Position numbers and translations under genes: made by a program. From Escherichia virus TH54: a stretch of DNA of 64,000 bases. This document shows positions 1 to 10,805 of this stretch, piece after piece. The DNA is taken from the sequence record MT446420.1. One strand, written 5' to 3'. Within the stretch, counting starts at the first letter, position 1. Every line of letters starts with the position of its first letter. Under the pieces are notes generated by a model. It was not told the DNA's origin and did not search any database. It saw nothing but the letters and a program-made list of their open reading frames with translations.

Positions 1-298
1 CCGGAGCATCAAATAATAGTTTGGCTTCTTCTTTAGCAGACTCATCGCCTTCGAATTTAGCACCAGATAATTCATCGTCAGCATCAATAAGGTCAGTAAT
101 GCTCAGGCCTTCATTATCATCAGGCATAGGCATGTCAGCAAATGCTTTAAGTCCTGCTTCCAGGTCAGCCAACATATTATCAAAGGTTTTTGTTTTCTTA
201 ACATCAACGCCAAGTGATGCTGCGTATTCGGCTAATTTTTCTTTGGCTTCTTTTTTCTCGAGGACACGAATTTCCTCAATGTAGTTCTTGTCAATCAT
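1..298 (-). CDS. hypothetical acidic protein, N-terminal part; gene runs past the window start
   Basis: Open minus frame from ATG at 296-298 to position 2 (99 codons, MIDKNYIEEIRVLEKKEAK...); divergent from uvsW; absent from ORF track because no stop in window. Confidence 0.45.
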   Translation of the reverse strand, partial: MIDKNYIEEIRVLEKKEAKEKLAEYAASLGVDVKKTKTFDNMLADLEAGLKAFADMPMPDDNEGLSITDLIDADDELSGAKFEGDESAKEEAKLLFDAP

Positions 299-316
299 GA
301 TGAACCTCGGTTAGTG

Positions 317-324
317 TATAAATA
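317..324 (+). promoter_or_regulatory. T4-type late promoter core TATAAATA upstream of uvsW
   Basis: Exact TATAAATA about 29 nt upstream of the uvsW ATG; T4 late promoters are defined by this octamer. Confidence 0.5.
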
Positions 325-352
325 TAGATATATTTATTACCTTGGAATCATC

Positions 353-1852
353 ATGGATATTAAAATCAACTTTCTAAATTTTAGTCACGTGCATGTTGAA
401 TGTGAAGATGGAATCTTCTACGAACTCCGTGATTACTTCAGCTTCGAAGCTGAAAACTATCGCTTCAATCCAAAATTCAAGCAGGGAGTTTGGGACGGAC
501 GAATCCGCCTCCTGGATTACAATCGTAAATTACCATACGGTTTGGTTAATCAAATTAAAAAGTTCGCTGACCAGTTTGGCTATTCATTCTGGATTGACCC
601 ACAAATCACCGAGAAAGAAGAAATCTCTCGCGAAGAATTCGACAAATGGGTCGAGTCAAAAGAAATCTATTCAGGCAATACTAAGATAACTCCCCATTGG
701 TATCAATCTGACGCCGTATATGATGGTCTGGTCAACAGAAGAAAGATTCTGAACTTACCTACGTCTGCGGGTAAAAGCCTCATCCAGGCGCTTCTGGCGC
801 GATATTATCTCGAGAACTATGAAGGCAAGGTGCTTATCCTTGTTCCTACAACCGCGCTTGTTGACCAGATGATTAATGACTTTGTTGATTATCGGCTTTT
901 CCCTCGTGAAGCTTGTCTGGGTATTCGTTCCGGGACTAAACGCGATTCTGATGCGATGATTTATGTATCGACTTATCAGACGGCTGTAAAACAACCTAAA
1001 GAATGGTTTGAACAGTTCGGCCAGTTTATGAATGACGAATGTCACATGGCTACAGGTAAATCAATTTCGACGGTTATCGAAGGCCTTACGAATTGTATGT
1101 TTAAATTTGGTCTGTCAGGCTCACTCCGTGACGGCAAAGCCAACCTTATGCAATATATGGGTCTGTTTGGTGATATCTTTAAACCAGTATCAACATCTAA
1201 ATTGATGGAAGATGGACAGGTTACTGACCTTAAAATAAATAGTATTTTCCTTCGTTACCCTGATGAATTTACCGTTAAAATGAAAGGTAAAACTTATCAG
1301 GATGAAATCAAGGTAATTACAAAAGCTACACGCCGAAATAAATGGGTAACAAATCTTGCTCTCAAGCTTGCTAAAAAAGATGAAAACGTCTTTTTGATGT
1401 TTAAGAATATCGAGCACGGCAAATCGATGTTTGAAATGCTTAAGGAAGCTGGTCATGAGAAAGTGTATTATGTTTCCGGGGAAGTTGATACCGAAACCCG
1501 TAATGCTCTGAAGGTCATGGCAGAGAATGGAAAGGGAATTATTGTTGTAGCTTCATATGGTGTATTCTCGACGGGGATTTCCGTTAAAAACCTCCATCAC
1601 ATTATTTTCGCCCACCCGGTCAAGTCAAAGGTAATTGTACTTCAGACAATTGGTCGTGTACTTCGAAAACATGAATCTAAATCGACCGCAAACGTGTGGG
1701 ACATTGTGGATGATATGGGGGTCAAACCCAAATCAGCAAACGCTAAAAAGAAATATGTTCATATTAACTTTGCGCTTAAACATGCATTAGAACGTATTCA
1801 GCGGTATGCAGACGAACAATTCAATTATGTAATTAAACAGGTGGAAATATAA
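353..1852 (+). CDS. uvsW: UvsW SF2 DNA helicase (recombination/repair)
   Basis: Track ORF 314-1852; true start likely ATG 353 (MDIKINF...). Walker A LPTSAGKS and DECH motif; near-colinear with T4 UvsW from memory. Confidence 0.93.
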   Translation: MDIKINFLNFSHVHVECEDGIFYELRDYFSFEAENYRFNPKFKQGVWDGRIRLLDYNRKLPYGLVNQIKKFADQFGYSFWIDPQITEKEEISREEFDKWVESKEIYSGNTKITPHWYQSDAVYDGLVNRRKILNLPTSAGKSLIQALLARYYLENYEGKVLILVPTTALVDQMINDFVDYRLFPREACLGIRSGTKRDSDAMIYVSTYQTAVKQPKEWFEQFGQFMNDECHMATGKSISTVIEGLTNCMFKFGLSGSLRDGKANLMQYMGLFGDIFKPVSTSKLMEDGQVTDLKINSIFLRYPDEFTVKMKGKTYQDEIKVITKATRRNKWVTNLALKLAKKDENVFLMFKNIEHGKSMFEMLKEAGHEKVYYVSGEVDTETRNALKVMAENGKGIIVVASYGVFSTGISVKNLHHIIFAHPVKSKVIVLQTIGRVLRKHESKSTANVWDIVDDMGVKPKSANAKKKYVHINFALKHALERIQRYADEQFNYVIKQVEI

Positions 1853-2079
1853 TGAAATCCTTTGAAGAAATTATGTACGAAGCATCAATTGAAGGCTTTA
1901 TGGCTAAGATTGGTTCCTGTCAGACCATGGACGGTCTGAAGGAGTTGGAAGGCTATTATAAAAAACGCAGCAAAGAAGCTGAACTAAAAGATTCCGATGA
2001 TATCAGTGTTCGTGATGCTCTTGCCGGTAAACGCGCCGAGCTTGAGGATATGGACGAAGACGAAGACGAAGATTTCTAA
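1852..2079 (+). CDS. uvsW.1: UvsW.1 small acidic protein
   Basis: 75 aa ORF start-overlapping the uvsW stop; acidic DE-rich tail; same position as T4 uvsW.1. Confidence 0.8.
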   Translation: MKSFEEIMYEASIEGFMAKIGSCQTMDGLKELEGYYKKRSKEAELKDSDDISVRDALAGKRAELEDMDEDEDEDF

Positions 2080-2136
2080 ATAAAAAGGCCCCAACCAAAA
2101 GGAAGGGGCAAAACCAAAAATGGTTAACAACACTAG

Positions 2137-2304
2137 CTAAATTAAAAGTTGGGTCTCGTTCAGTTGCTCTTCTGTATTTTCCGTAACTGGCAAACTCTGA
2201 ACATAATTATAACAGGCGCCCGGATGCACCGGACCTTGGTCTGTATCCACAACCAATGCAGAATCGATTGGAGTTTTACAGACAACACAAATCTTATCTG
2301 ACAT
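2137..2304 (-). CDS. small Cys-containing protein (uvsY.-2 position)
   Basis: 55-codon minus ORF MSDKICVVCKTPIDSALVVDTDQGPVHPGACYNYV..., hand-translated; below the track length cutoff; CxxC...C spacing suggests a small zinc-ribbon-like fold. Confidence 0.4.
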   Translation of the reverse strand: MSDKICVVCKTPIDSALVVDTDQGPVHPGACYNYVQSLPVTENTEEQLNETQLLI

Positions 2305-2443
2305 GATTGTCTCCTCAGTTAAACTTACATATCTATTTAGTGCTCTTCATAATAGCAGCACGAGCTTTCATCTCATTAACAATTTCAGTTATTCGGTTTG
2401 CAGAGATAACCATCTCGTCGAGAATCTTACTAATATTTTTCAT

Positions 2444-2677
2444 TTAATTTTCCTTAAAGTATCTCATACCGGTGTCTATCCCCATATTGTGAGAATAGAA
2501 CGCATCATCGATGTATCCTGCAAATTTACCTTTAACATAGATAACATCTTCACCACAAGGGTGGTCAGCGCAGATATGAATATCTGCACGATTCAATTTC
2601 CATTCCTTCATCATATACTTAATTTCTTCTTCGAACTCTTCGTCTTGGTTAAACGCATCGTCGATAGAATATCGCAT
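2444..2677 (-). CDS. hypothetical protein (uvsY.-1 position)
   Basis: 77 aa ORF immediately downstream of uvsY with a 1-nt stop/start overlap. Confidence 0.6.
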   Translation of the reverse strand: MRYSIDDAFNQDEEFEEEIKYMMKEWKLNRADIHICADHPCGEDVIYVKGKFAGYIDDAFYSHNMGIDTGMRYFKEN

Positions 2678-3141
2678 TACTTGCCTGCCTCGAATTGTCT
2701 TATTTCTAACATATGTTTAAGTGCGAAACTTCGTGACTTAACACCATCTAATGCAGCGCTACAGAAGTCCTGGAGTAGTGCCCAATACTGAATTGAAGTA
2801 TCAATCTTCAGTATGTTTGAATCTGCGGCCATGACTGTTTTCAATTCTGACTTCTCGTATACATCCATGCATACTTCTTCCCCTGGGTCACCCCTTCCTG
2901 TATAATGGTCTAGCCGTTTTTTCAGTGCAGTTTTCTTCTGAATCTCAAGACGCATTATTTCTTTCTTGCAGTTGGTATACAATCTCAACCATTTGCTATG
3001 CAACAAAACGTTGTTTTGTGTTTCATATTGAAGTTGAGTACCATCAATTTTTAAATCTGCATCTAACTCATCCTGAAAGACTTCTAACTTATATTCAATC
3101 TCTGTTTTCATAATGTATCCAATGTAAGGGTCTAGAACCAT
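2677..3141 (-). CDS. uvsY: UvsY recombination mediator protein
   Basis: Translation aligns with T4 UvsY (TQLQYETQNNVLLHSKWL..., C-terminal KHMLEIRQFEAGK); the start may instead be ATG at 3111. Confidence 0.88.
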   Translation of the reverse strand: MVLDPYIGYIMKTEIEYKLEVFQDELDADLKIDGTQLQYETQNNVLLHSKWLRLYTNCKKEIMRLEIQKKTALKKRLDHYTGRGDPGEEVCMDVYEKSELKTVMAADSNILKIDTSIQYWALLQDFCSAALDGVKSRSFALKHMLEIRQFEAGK

Positions 3142-3164
3142 TATACAGCCATAAAATTAAAGCA

Positions 3165-3554
3165 TTAACCGTTTTGACTTAACTGAATCCTGATTTGTTC
3201 GAGGGTGTCAGGGTCATCAACAATGCTAAACTGAACCGTTACGATAATGGAGTTATCATCATACATAGGGACAACTGCAACCTGTAAATTGCTTATCCTT
3301 GGTTCGAAGTTCCGCACCGCGGAGACGATGTTGCGTTTAATGGTATCTGTGATTAATGGTGTGATATTCTCAAAAAGCTGATTACTTATATCACATCCAA
3401 ATTCAGGCATAAAAGGCCTTGACCCTTTTCTTGTGGTGATTATACTCAGAAGACTGTTCTTAACAGACCTTGCACCGGTTACTTTAGCAACGTCTTTATC
3501 CCAACTCATTGACAAGTCAGGAGACACATCGCTATACATTTTGTTTATATTCAT
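3165..3554 (-). CDS. 25: baseplate wedge protein gp25
   Basis: 129 aa, MNINKMYSD... matches T4 gp25 N-terminus and length; conserved position after gene 26. Confidence 0.9.
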   Translation of the reverse strand: MNINKMYSDVSPDLSMSWDKDVAKVTGARSVKNSLLSIITTRKGSRPFMPEFGCDISNQLFENITPLITDTIKRNIVSAVRNFEPRISNLQVAVVPMYDDNSIIVTVQFSIVDDPDTLEQIRIQLSQNG

Positions 3555-4178
3555 TTACATAAACTTAAAGAATTCTTTAAGCCCCTTAATTACATGGACA
3601 GAATGCGCTCCACACTCGCAAGAGATAGGAATAGCCATTTGGACTTGTGGCTTGAGAAGTTCTTCCGTTAGTGCATTTATATCATCGAGGGTAATTGCAT
3701 TGTACAGGTCCTCGATTTCGGCTTCATTTAAGTCATCAACAACGATGCGCTCACCGCCTTCCGTGATAATATATTCAATACAACAAGCAATCATTTTTCC
3801 TTTATCACCGTCTTCAAACAGCCCAGGATAACGGAATTTAATTTTAAATGCCCCGAAATCACGAATAACTTCAGACTCATCCACGATGCTTGCACGACTT
3901 ATAGTCACAGGAATATCTTGTTCCTTTCCGCACTCACATACCCATGTATGCTCGACGTTAACAGCTCCGAGACTATTTGCCCAGAGATTAATAAGAAGCA
4001 GCTCGGCTTCCTGTTTGTTTAACCCTTTAGCATCAGTGCATTTATTAAGCAGTTCAATTATTGCAGGTTCCATACGCTTTTCTAATTTTGCCTGAAGCAA
4101 ATCTTTGTATTCGCGCAAGGTAAAAGCCCTACAATTTATAGTTTTATTTTTAATTTGGACAATAAATTCATAAGTCAT
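3555..4178 (-). CDS. 26: baseplate hub subunit gp26
   Basis: Track ORF 3555-4211 begins at a TTG; ATG at 4178 with AAGGAG SD gives 207 aa, matching T4 gp26 (208 aa). Confidence 0.85.
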   Translation of the reverse strand: MTYEFIVQIKNKTINCRAFTLREYKDLLQAKLEKRMEPAIIELLNKCTDAKGLNKQEAELLLINLWANSLGAVNVEHTWVCECGKEQDIPVTISRASIVDESEVIRDFGAFKIKFRYPGLFEDGDKGKMIACCIEYIITEGGERIVVDDLNEAEIEDLYNAITLDDINALTEELLKPQVQMAIPISCECGAHSVHVIKGLKEFFKFM

Positions 4179-4195
4179 AATTTGCTCCTTTACTG

Positions 4196-4207
4196 TATTT
4201 ATAAATA
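4196..4207. promoter_or_regulatory. palindromic late-promoter core (TATTTATAAATA) between divergent genes 26 and 51
   Basis: TATAAATA readable on both strands; on the minus strand it lies just upstream of the AAGGAG SD of gene 26, on the plus strand about 25 nt before the gene 51 ATG. Confidence 0.5.
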
Positions 4208-4231
4208 TCAATAAAGATAAAAGGGGATTCT

Positions 4232-4984
4232 ATGGCCAATATCGTAAGATGCGAAATGCCAGACGGAGTTCATCGTTTCAAACCGTTTACAGTCGCTGAT
4301 TACCGTGATTTACTGCTTGTGCGAAACGACATGAACAACAAACCCGTCGAAGAACAAAAACAATTATTAGACGAACTGTTGGAAGATTATTTTGGAGAGT
4401 ATCCGAAAGCATGGAGGCCATACATATTCTTGAAGGTATTCACTTCCTCTATCGGTAAGACAAAAGTCCCGGTAGCGTTCGAATGTCAAAAATGTAAAAA
4501 GACAAAGCAGACTTTGTTTAATATGAGCCAAGGCCCATTGACAAATCCAACAATGGAAACCGCGGGGATAAAAATACAATTTAAGTTCCCCGAAGTGGAA
4601 TATAAAGATAAGTCGGAGCTTGTTCTAAACACCATCCAGACTGTCGAAGACTCAGAACAAAAATACAATTGGGAAGACCTTCCTGAAGAAACGAAGATGC
4701 AGGTTATTGACGCAATTGATATAGAGAGTCTCGAAGAGCTCCTTAAGAAAATGCATTCAGTTTATATTCCATTTACATATGGTTGCTGCGAAAAACACAA
4801 AACCGAATACACAGACCTGCTTGACGTCTTTAAGCTTATCCTTAACCCGGATGAAGTCTTTGTATTTTACCAAATTAACCACTTGCTGGTAAAGAACCAA
4901 TATTCGCTGGATAGCATCATGCACATGATTCCTATCGAACGAGGTATTGCTTTATCGTTAGTTGAAAAGGACTTGAAGAAATGA
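4232..4984 (+). CDS. 51: baseplate hub assembly protein gp51
   Basis: 250 aa; position and length as T4 gp51 (249 aa); ATGA overlap with gene 27 start. Confidence 0.85.
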   Translation: MANIVRCEMPDGVHRFKPFTVADYRDLLLVRNDMNNKPVEEQKQLLDELLEDYFGEYPKAWRPYIFLKVFTSSIGKTKVPVAFECQKCKKTKQTLFNMSQGPLTNPTMETAGIKIQFKFPEVEYKDKSELVLNTIQTVEDSEQKYNWEDLPEETKMQVIDAIDIESLEELLKKMHSVYIPFTYGCCEKHKTEYTDLLDVFKLILNPDEVFVFYQINHLLVKNQYSLDSIMHMIPIERGIALSLVEKDLKK

Positions 4985-6150
4985 CAGCTAAATCTATGCA
5001 GCGTGAAGGCTTTCCTAATATCAGCATACGCCTTTACGAAGATTATGATGCCTGGCTCGAACACCGTTTTGTAGAACTAGCTGCGACATTTACAACCATG
5101 ACCATGCGCGATTCCCTTTACGGAAGAAACGAAGGTCTGTTGCAATTCTACGACACAAAGAACTTACATACAAAAATGAACGGCGAGCAAATTATACAGG
5201 TCTCCGTTAAGAATGCCAACTCAGACCGAACCCAATCCAGAATATACGGGAGTAAACACTTTGCTGTTTCCGTGGATTCAAAGGGTGATAACATAATTAC
5301 AATTCAGCTGGCACCGATTCATGAAATCGAAGACCTGAAATTCAGCCGCATGTTTTACCCGAGTGTACAAGAAACATTAGTCGAAATGACCGGGGTAATT
5401 TATCAGGACAGACCTTTGCTTGCTCCTCCAATAAACGGTATAAACGTTTATGCTCCTAATGTTCCATGGTGCGATTCGATGAGCCAGTATATGGAATTCA
5501 TCAGGGAAGTTGGGCTTGCTGTTGAATCTGATAAATTTGTATTTGTATGGCAAGATATTGACGGCATAAGTATCCAGGATTATGAATGGTTAACTACACA
5601 AGAGCCGATTAATTTCGTGGTAGGTGAACCTCGATTGGTTGGGCAGTTTGTACAAAACCTCGAGACCCCGTTGGCCTTCGATTTTGAATGGTTAACAAAG
5701 GCGAACCAGCACACGAGAAAACCATATGAAAACGCGACCGTTTATGCGCACTCGTTCCTTGACAAGAATGCAACCAGAATAACTTTTGGTGAAGGACAAA
5801 ACAGCATTCTGGTATCTCGTTCAGGCGGCTATTCGGATTATACATACCGAAATGGTTTTGAGGAAGCACAGCGATTAATAACCATGTCACAATATGATGG
5901 TTATGCGCATTGCAAAACATACGGGAACTTTGAATTAACTCCGGGTGATAAGATAAATTTCTATGACCCAAAAAACCAATTCAAATATGATTTTTACGTA
6001 GACGAAGTTATTCATGAAGTGAGTAACAATACATCAATTACAAACCTCTATATGTTTACCAATGGTAAGCCTATCGAAGTTGAAGAACCACCGAAGGTTA
6101 AAAATGAACTTAAAACTGATTCTGCCGACGAAGAAAATACAGCTGGGTGA
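4981..6150 (+). CDS. 27: baseplate hub subunit gp27
   Basis: 389 aa; T4 gp27 is 391 aa; conserved order 51-27-28-29. Confidence 0.9.
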   Translation: MTAKSMQREGFPNISIRLYEDYDAWLEHRFVELAATFTTMTMRDSLYGRNEGLLQFYDTKNLHTKMNGEQIIQVSVKNANSDRTQSRIYGSKHFAVSVDSKGDNIITIQLAPIHEIEDLKFSRMFYPSVQETLVEMTGVIYQDRPLLAPPINGINVYAPNVPWCDSMSQYMEFIREVGLAVESDKFVFVWQDIDGISIQDYEWLTTQEPINFVVGEPRLVGQFVQNLETPLAFDFEWLTKANQHTRKPYENATVYAHSFLDKNATRITFGEGQNSILVSRSGGYSDYTYRNGFEEAQRLITMSQYDGYAHCKTYGNFELTPGDKINFYDPKNQFKYDFYVDEVIHEVSNNTSITNLYMFTNGKPIEVEEPPKVKNELKTDSADEENTAG

Positions 6151-6622
6151 TAAAGAGATTCACGTTCCTAAGCTTGGCCTCAAGCATCACAATTTGATTA
6201 AAAACGAGCCTAACCCTTACGCTGCATTAAGAAAGATTATGCAATCGATATTCCCTAATCTTACAGCAGCTGAATCCGACTTTGTATCTTTACACCTCCT
6301 GGAATTTAATGGTAAGCTAAAAGACAAACGCGAGATTAATGGGTTTACATATAAGCTGGATGATGTTTATATCTGCCAGCGCCTTGAATTCTCTTATCAA
6401 GGAAAGACATTTAAATTCCGCTCTAATAAACCGTATGAAGAATTCGGACCAGTTGACAATCTTCTGGAGACCCTTTATCTCGGGGACGACGTTCCAGACT
6501 TTCTGGATATGCCTGCTTTTGTTGCTAAGTGGGCAGACGATATCACAAGCACATTAGCAATCCCGGGTCCGAATGGTCCTGTTAAGGGGTTACTGAAAAT
6601 AATGGAACTCCTAAATGAATAA
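6104..6622 (+). CDS. 28: baseplate hub distal subunit gp28
   Basis: Track ORF 6062-6622; ATG at 6104 ([11 protein letters not shown]) with SD gives 172 aa; overlaps the 3' end of gene 27 as in T4. Confidence 0.85.
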   Translation: MNLKLILPTKKIQLGDKEIHVPKLGLKHHNLIKNEPNPYAALRKIMQSIFPNLTAAESDFVSLHLLEFNGKLKDKREINGFTYKLDDVYICQRLEFSYQGKTFKFRSNKPYEEFGPVDNLLETLYLGDDVPDFLDMPAFVAKWADDITSTLAIPGPNGPVKGLLKIMELLNE

Positions 6623-8360
6623 GAACTCCGAACAAACGAGCTTCAGACGCGGTGGACCGAATAAAAAGCTTATCGAAGAATTAGCACCACAAAGGAGGGC
6701 GGAAGCCCTCTCTGCTGAACAGAATGATGAACTATCTAATCTGAATACAACTCTTACAAATACTCAAGCAGCCACCGAACTTGTGTCGGAAACTATTGAG
6801 GATAAGAGCAATCAGATTATTGAGAATATCCAGACCAATAATGGAGTCCTGCAAGATATCAGTGCTGGGGTCGAACTGACGGCCGAAGCCACCGAGAAGA
6901 CGCAACAAGGGATTAAAAACCTCACGGATATTCTCTCGGATAAGCTCGACAAACTCAGCGCAATGATAAGTGGTAAACTAGGCGTCACGTCTCCTGTGGC
7001 TGGTTCTGAAAGCCTTAAACCTGTAGAGGATGCACTACCAGAGCCTGAAGAGAATAAGCCCACGGCGAGTGTTCCAGCGCTCATACCGCCTGAAGAACAA
7101 AAGCCCGACGCTGACTTCATTCCGGAACCAGAGCAACCAAAAAACGATGCAGAAGGCAAAGAGACTAATACCTGGTCACTTGGTGATAAGCTTGATACCC
7201 TTTCGAAGATAACCGAAAAAGGATTTAAGGCATCGATTTCTGTTGCTGACCGAATCTCCGGGATGTTGTTCAAATATACAATTACGGCAGCAGCCGAAGC
7301 AGCCAAGCTTGTTGGTGGATTATTGTTGTTGGTATTCGGTATCGATGCGATACGAGTTTACTTCCAATATTTCATGAAACAATTCGAAAAAGGATGGGCC
7401 GAATTTAATGATAAGTTCAAAGAATGGGGGCCGTTGCTCGAAGGACTAATGACTTGGGCTAAGAATGCTGAAGCGATGTTTAGTGAAAGGAACTGGTTAG
7501 GATTAGCTGAAGCTATTATCCGTGGAATGGTCAACTTAACGAAGAACATGGCTCAACTTCTTATGCTTGGGATTTCGAAACTGATTTCAGCTATCTTAAG
7601 CAAAATCCCTGGGATGGGCGATTTAGCAGATAATGTGGAAGCCTCGGCTTTGATGTCTTATCAGCAAAATACAGGGGCAACTTTGGATGATGAAGACCAA
7701 ACCAAGATAGCAAAATATCATGACAAACGTTCGGCCGAAGCAATGGAAGCTGCAGAGAAGATGAATAAGAAGTATAAGGATAAACCTGAACTAATTAATC
7801 AAGCCGAAAAATATGGTAACCTTACCAAGGAACAAGCCGACCAGCTTCGCGCGGGTGGTATTGACACAAGCTTCAGAGACCTTCCGGAAGAAGAACGTCT
7901 GGACTATTTCAAGAAGCGTGACAAAGCACAGGCTGATATTATTCGTTTGACCCAAACTGCCGACAACCTAATGAAGCCAGACGCAACCGATAAAAAGAAT
8001 GCGCTGGAAATGAGAGCTAACATTGAAAAACAATTAGCTGACCCTGCTATGGCGAAAGGTGGAGCTCCGAAAGACTTGAATATCCGCGCACTGTTGGAAA
8101 AACTCGATAAGTCTCTTGAGAAGTTTAAAGACGAGCCGAAGGTTAAACCACCTGATGTTAAGACTTCTCCGGATGCGCAACAAGCCGCGAAGGTTGACGA
8201 AGGCATGAAGGCCAAAGAAAATAAATACAAGGATGCACCAGCTCAGGCCCAAATTAACACGGTCAATAATATCCAGAAGACTTCCAGGACGCAATACAAT
8301 ATGCCTCCTCAAAGTTCAACCCCTGCCCCTGGCATGAGACAGGCTACCCGAATTAACTAA
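6615..8360 (+). CDS. 29: baseplate hub / tail tube length-determining protein gp29
   Basis: 581 aa (T4 gp29 about 590 aa); extended coiled-coil-like and Pro/Glu-rich segments typical of gp29. Confidence 0.9.
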   Translation: MNKNSEQTSFRRGGPNKKLIEELAPQRRAEALSAEQNDELSNLNTTLTNTQAATELVSETIEDKSNQIIENIQTNNGVLQDISAGVELTAEATEKTQQGIKNLTDILSDKLDKLSAMISGKLGVTSPVAGSESLKPVEDALPEPEENKPTASVPALIPPEEQKPDADFIPEPEQPKNDAEGKETNTWSLGDKLDTLSKITEKGFKASISVADRISGMLFKYTITAAAEAAKLVGGLLLLVFGIDAIRVYFQYFMKQFEKGWAEFNDKFKEWGPLLEGLMTWAKNAEAMFSERNWLGLAEAIIRGMVNLTKNMAQLLMLGISKLISAILSKIPGMGDLADNVEASALMSYQQNTGATLDDEDQTKIAKYHDKRSAEAMEAAEKMNKKYKDKPELINQAEKYGNLTKEQADQLRAGGIDTSFRDLPEEERLDYFKKRDKAQADIIRLTQTADNLMKPDATDKKNALEMRANIEKQLADPAMAKGGAPKDLNIRALLEKLDKSLEKFKDEPKVKPPDVKTSPDAQQAAKVDEGMKAKENKYKDAPAQAQINTVNNIQKTSRTQYNMPPQSSTPAPGMRQATRIN

Positions 8361-8368
8361 GGAATAAC

Positions 8369-9463
8369 ATGAAAGTAAAAGAACTCGATATTGATATTGC
8401 GGGTTTATTTAACGGAGGTTCTAAGACCTCCGCTGGGCAGTCAAAAGCTGCCCAGACTCAAGCTACTATTGTGGCGCAATATCCAGCAGAACGAGCTTCC
8501 GGTAATGATTCTTCAGATGATATGCGAGTTAATGACCTTTATAAGAATGGTCTGTTATTCACGGCATACAATTTCAGTTCAAGAACATCTCCGGAATTAC
8601 GCTCAGACCGGTCAAGCCAATTGACTTCATTAAAGAACGTTTCCAATGGTGCTTCATTTAACCCAGTTAAAAGTTTAACCTCTTTTGCTAAATCGAAATT
8701 AATCGGTTCAGGCTCAAGTGGCAAAAGTTTTGATTCGAACGCTGTTGCAAATATCCTGTTGCCTCGTTCGAAGTCTGATGTAGAATCCGTATCGCATCGA
8801 TTCAATGATGTTGGCGAATCTCTTATTACGAAAGGCGGTGGCTCAGCTACTGGTATTCTTAGTAATATCGCATCGACTGCAGTTTTCGGTGCGCTCGAAT
8901 CGGTTACAAACGGTGTAATGGCCGACCACGGCGAGCAGATTTACACAACGGCAAGAAGCATGTACGCTGGCCCGGATAACAGGACAAAAGTTTACACATG
9001 GGAAATGACTCCACGTTCAGCCCAGGACTTAATCCAGATAGTGAAGATATACGAGATTTTTAACTATTACTCCTATGGGGAAACTGGTAAAAGTTCGTTT
9101 GCTTCCGAGCTGAAAGAAAAAATCGATACATGGTATAAATCCACCTTCAAAAAGGAAGCAATCGATAACTTTGACGGCAAGTTGCTCGGTGAAGAGATAA
9201 CAAGCTTCCTAACGAACGTTCTGGTGGTCTCTAACCCTACCATTTGGTATATCCGCAACTTTGGCGATACAAGCTCGTATGATGGCCGTGGGGAGCTATT
9301 TGGGCCGTGTCAGATTCAGAGCATACGATTTGACAAATCGCCGGATGGTCATTTCGGTGGATTAGCTATTGCCCCTAACCTACCATCGACTTTTGTGCTT
9401 GAAATCACTTTCCGTGAAATCATTACGCTTAACCGTGGCTCGTTATATGCGGAGGGTTTCTAA
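8369..9463 (+). CDS. 48: baseplate tail tube junction protein gp48
   Basis: 364 aa, same length as T4 gp48; follows gene 29. Confidence 0.9.
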   Translation: MKVKELDIDIAGLFNGGSKTSAGQSKAAQTQATIVAQYPAERASGNDSSDDMRVNDLYKNGLLFTAYNFSSRTSPELRSDRSSQLTSLKNVSNGASFNPVKSLTSFAKSKLIGSGSSGKSFDSNAVANILLPRSKSDVESVSHRFNDVGESLITKGGGSATGILSNIASTAVFGALESVTNGVMADHGEQIYTTARSMYAGPDNRTKVYTWEMTPRSAQDLIQIVKIYEIFNYYSYGETGKSSFASELKEKIDTWYKSTFKKEAIDNFDGKLLGEEITSFLTNVLVVSNPTIWYIRNFGDTSSYDGRGELFGPCQIQSIRFDKSPDGHFGGLAIAPNLPSTFVLEITFREIITLNRGSLYAEGF

Positions 9464-10422
9464 TGTTTACTTTACAAGAATTCCAAACGCAGGCGATTAA
9501 TATCGACTTACAAAGGAATAACCTTTTTAGTGTGGTCTTCGCGACCACACCTTCCTCCAAATCTCAGAATCTTCTGGACCAGTTCGGCGGAGCATTATTT
9601 AGCAACCTTCCTGTTAACTCAGATTGGTTTGGTTTAACGCAAGGCGACTTAACTCAAGGGATAACAACTCTTGTTACTGCCGGAACACAAAAGCTTATTC
9701 GCAAATCAGGGATAAGCAAATATCTTATTGGGGCAATGAGTAACCGTGTTGTGCAATCATTATTGGGGGAATTTGAGGTTGGTACTTACCTGCTTGATTT
9801 CTTTAATATGGCTTATCCAACGGCTGGTCTATTAGTTCATTCTGTTAAGCTTCCGGATAACACGTTGAACTATGAAATGGACCTTAACCATAACGCGCCA
9901 AATATCAAGATAACAGGGAGAGAATATTCTCCGTTGGTATTGAGCTTTAGAATGGATTCAGAGGCGGGGAACTACAGAGCATTTAACGATTGGGTCAACT
10001 CTGTACAAGACCCGGTTACCCAGCTAAGGGCTTTGCCTGAAGATGTGGAAGCTGATATTCAGGTTAACCTTCACTCACGAAATGGTTTACCCCATACGGT
10101 TGTTATGTTAACTGGCTGTGTTCCTGTAAGTGTATCTGCACCTGAATTGAGTTATGAAGGGGATAATCAGATAGCTACATTTGATGTGACTTTTGCTTAT
10201 CGCGTTATGTCGACTGGTTCGGTGGGAAGAACTGCAGCATTAGAATGGTTGGAAGATAAGGTTATTAAGGGTGTATCTGGTATTAGTTCAGATAACAACT
10301 TGAACTCAGAAGTTGCCAAATTGAGCCGCTTGTCTGGTGCTCAATCTGGATTAACAAGTCTGTACAATACGTTCACTGGTTCTGGGAGAACAGTTTCTGG
10401 TGGAAGTCAACGTATATTATAA
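9463..10422 (+). CDS. 54: baseplate tail tube initiator gp54
   Basis: 319 aa (T4 gp54 320 aa); TAATG overlap with gene 48 stop. Confidence 0.9.
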   Translation: MFTLQEFQTQAINIDLQRNNLFSVVFATTPSSKSQNLLDQFGGALFSNLPVNSDWFGLTQGDLTQGITTLVTAGTQKLIRKSGISKYLIGAMSNRVVQSLLGEFEVGTYLLDFFNMAYPTAGLLVHSVKLPDNTLNYEMDLNHNAPNIKITGREYSPLVLSFRMDSEAGNYRAFNDWVNSVQDPVTQLRALPEDVEADIQVNLHSRNGLPHTVVMLTGCVPVSVSAPELSYEGDNQIATFDVTFAYRVMSTGSVGRTAALEWLEDKVIKGVSGISSDNNLNSEVAKLSRLSGAQSGLTSLYNTFTGSGRTVSGGSQRIL

Positions 10423-10423
10423 A

Positions 10424-10451
10424 AAGAAAGGGACCCGAAGGTCCCTTTTTA
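10424..10451. terminator. bidirectional hairpin terminator (GGGACC-CGAA-GGTCCC)
   Basis: Perfect GC stem with CGAA tetraloop flanked by A-run and T-run, between the convergent ends of gene 54 and the first minus-strand gene. Confidence 0.7.
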
Positions 10452-10739
10452 TTTGCGGAATGAAATGAAACCTGCTGCAGTCATTACAGCTTCTTTCTTA
10501 GCAAATACTGTAATTGCAATTGGTGCTTCAGATTCAAGTTGTCCAGTTACTACGCCATTAAAAATATTTTCTGTTTGTTCAGAATTTACAAAGTTTTCAA
10601 CAGGGCGAAGGTCAAACTTCTTATCTTCACCAAATACACGGCGTAATTCATTACCCACTGCGCTGTCAAACTCTTCTGAAGCCGGGATAACATTCTCAAC
10701 TACCAGTTCCTGGCCATTAAAGCGAAAAGATGATTTCAT
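10449..10739 (-). CDS. hypothetical protein (alt-downstream position)
   Basis: Track ORF 10449-10772; ATG at 10739 (MKSSFRFNG...) has a strong GAGGAAA SD. Confidence 0.6.
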   Translation of the reverse strand: MKSSFRFNGQELVVENVIPASEEFDSAVGNELRRVFGEDKKFDLRPVENFVNSEQTENIFNGVVTGQLESEAPIAITVFAKKEAVMTAAGFISFRK

Positions 10740-10805
10740 TTTGTTTTCCTCATGTGCAATTGATATGAACATTGTATCGCACTTCCTTGTGCTTGTAAAC
10801 CCCCC

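Noticed and set aside
2303-2791. 162-aa plus-strand ORF from the track
   Set aside because: Antisense to the uvsY.-1/uvsY coding region; no SD, low-complexity translation; treated as a shadow ORF
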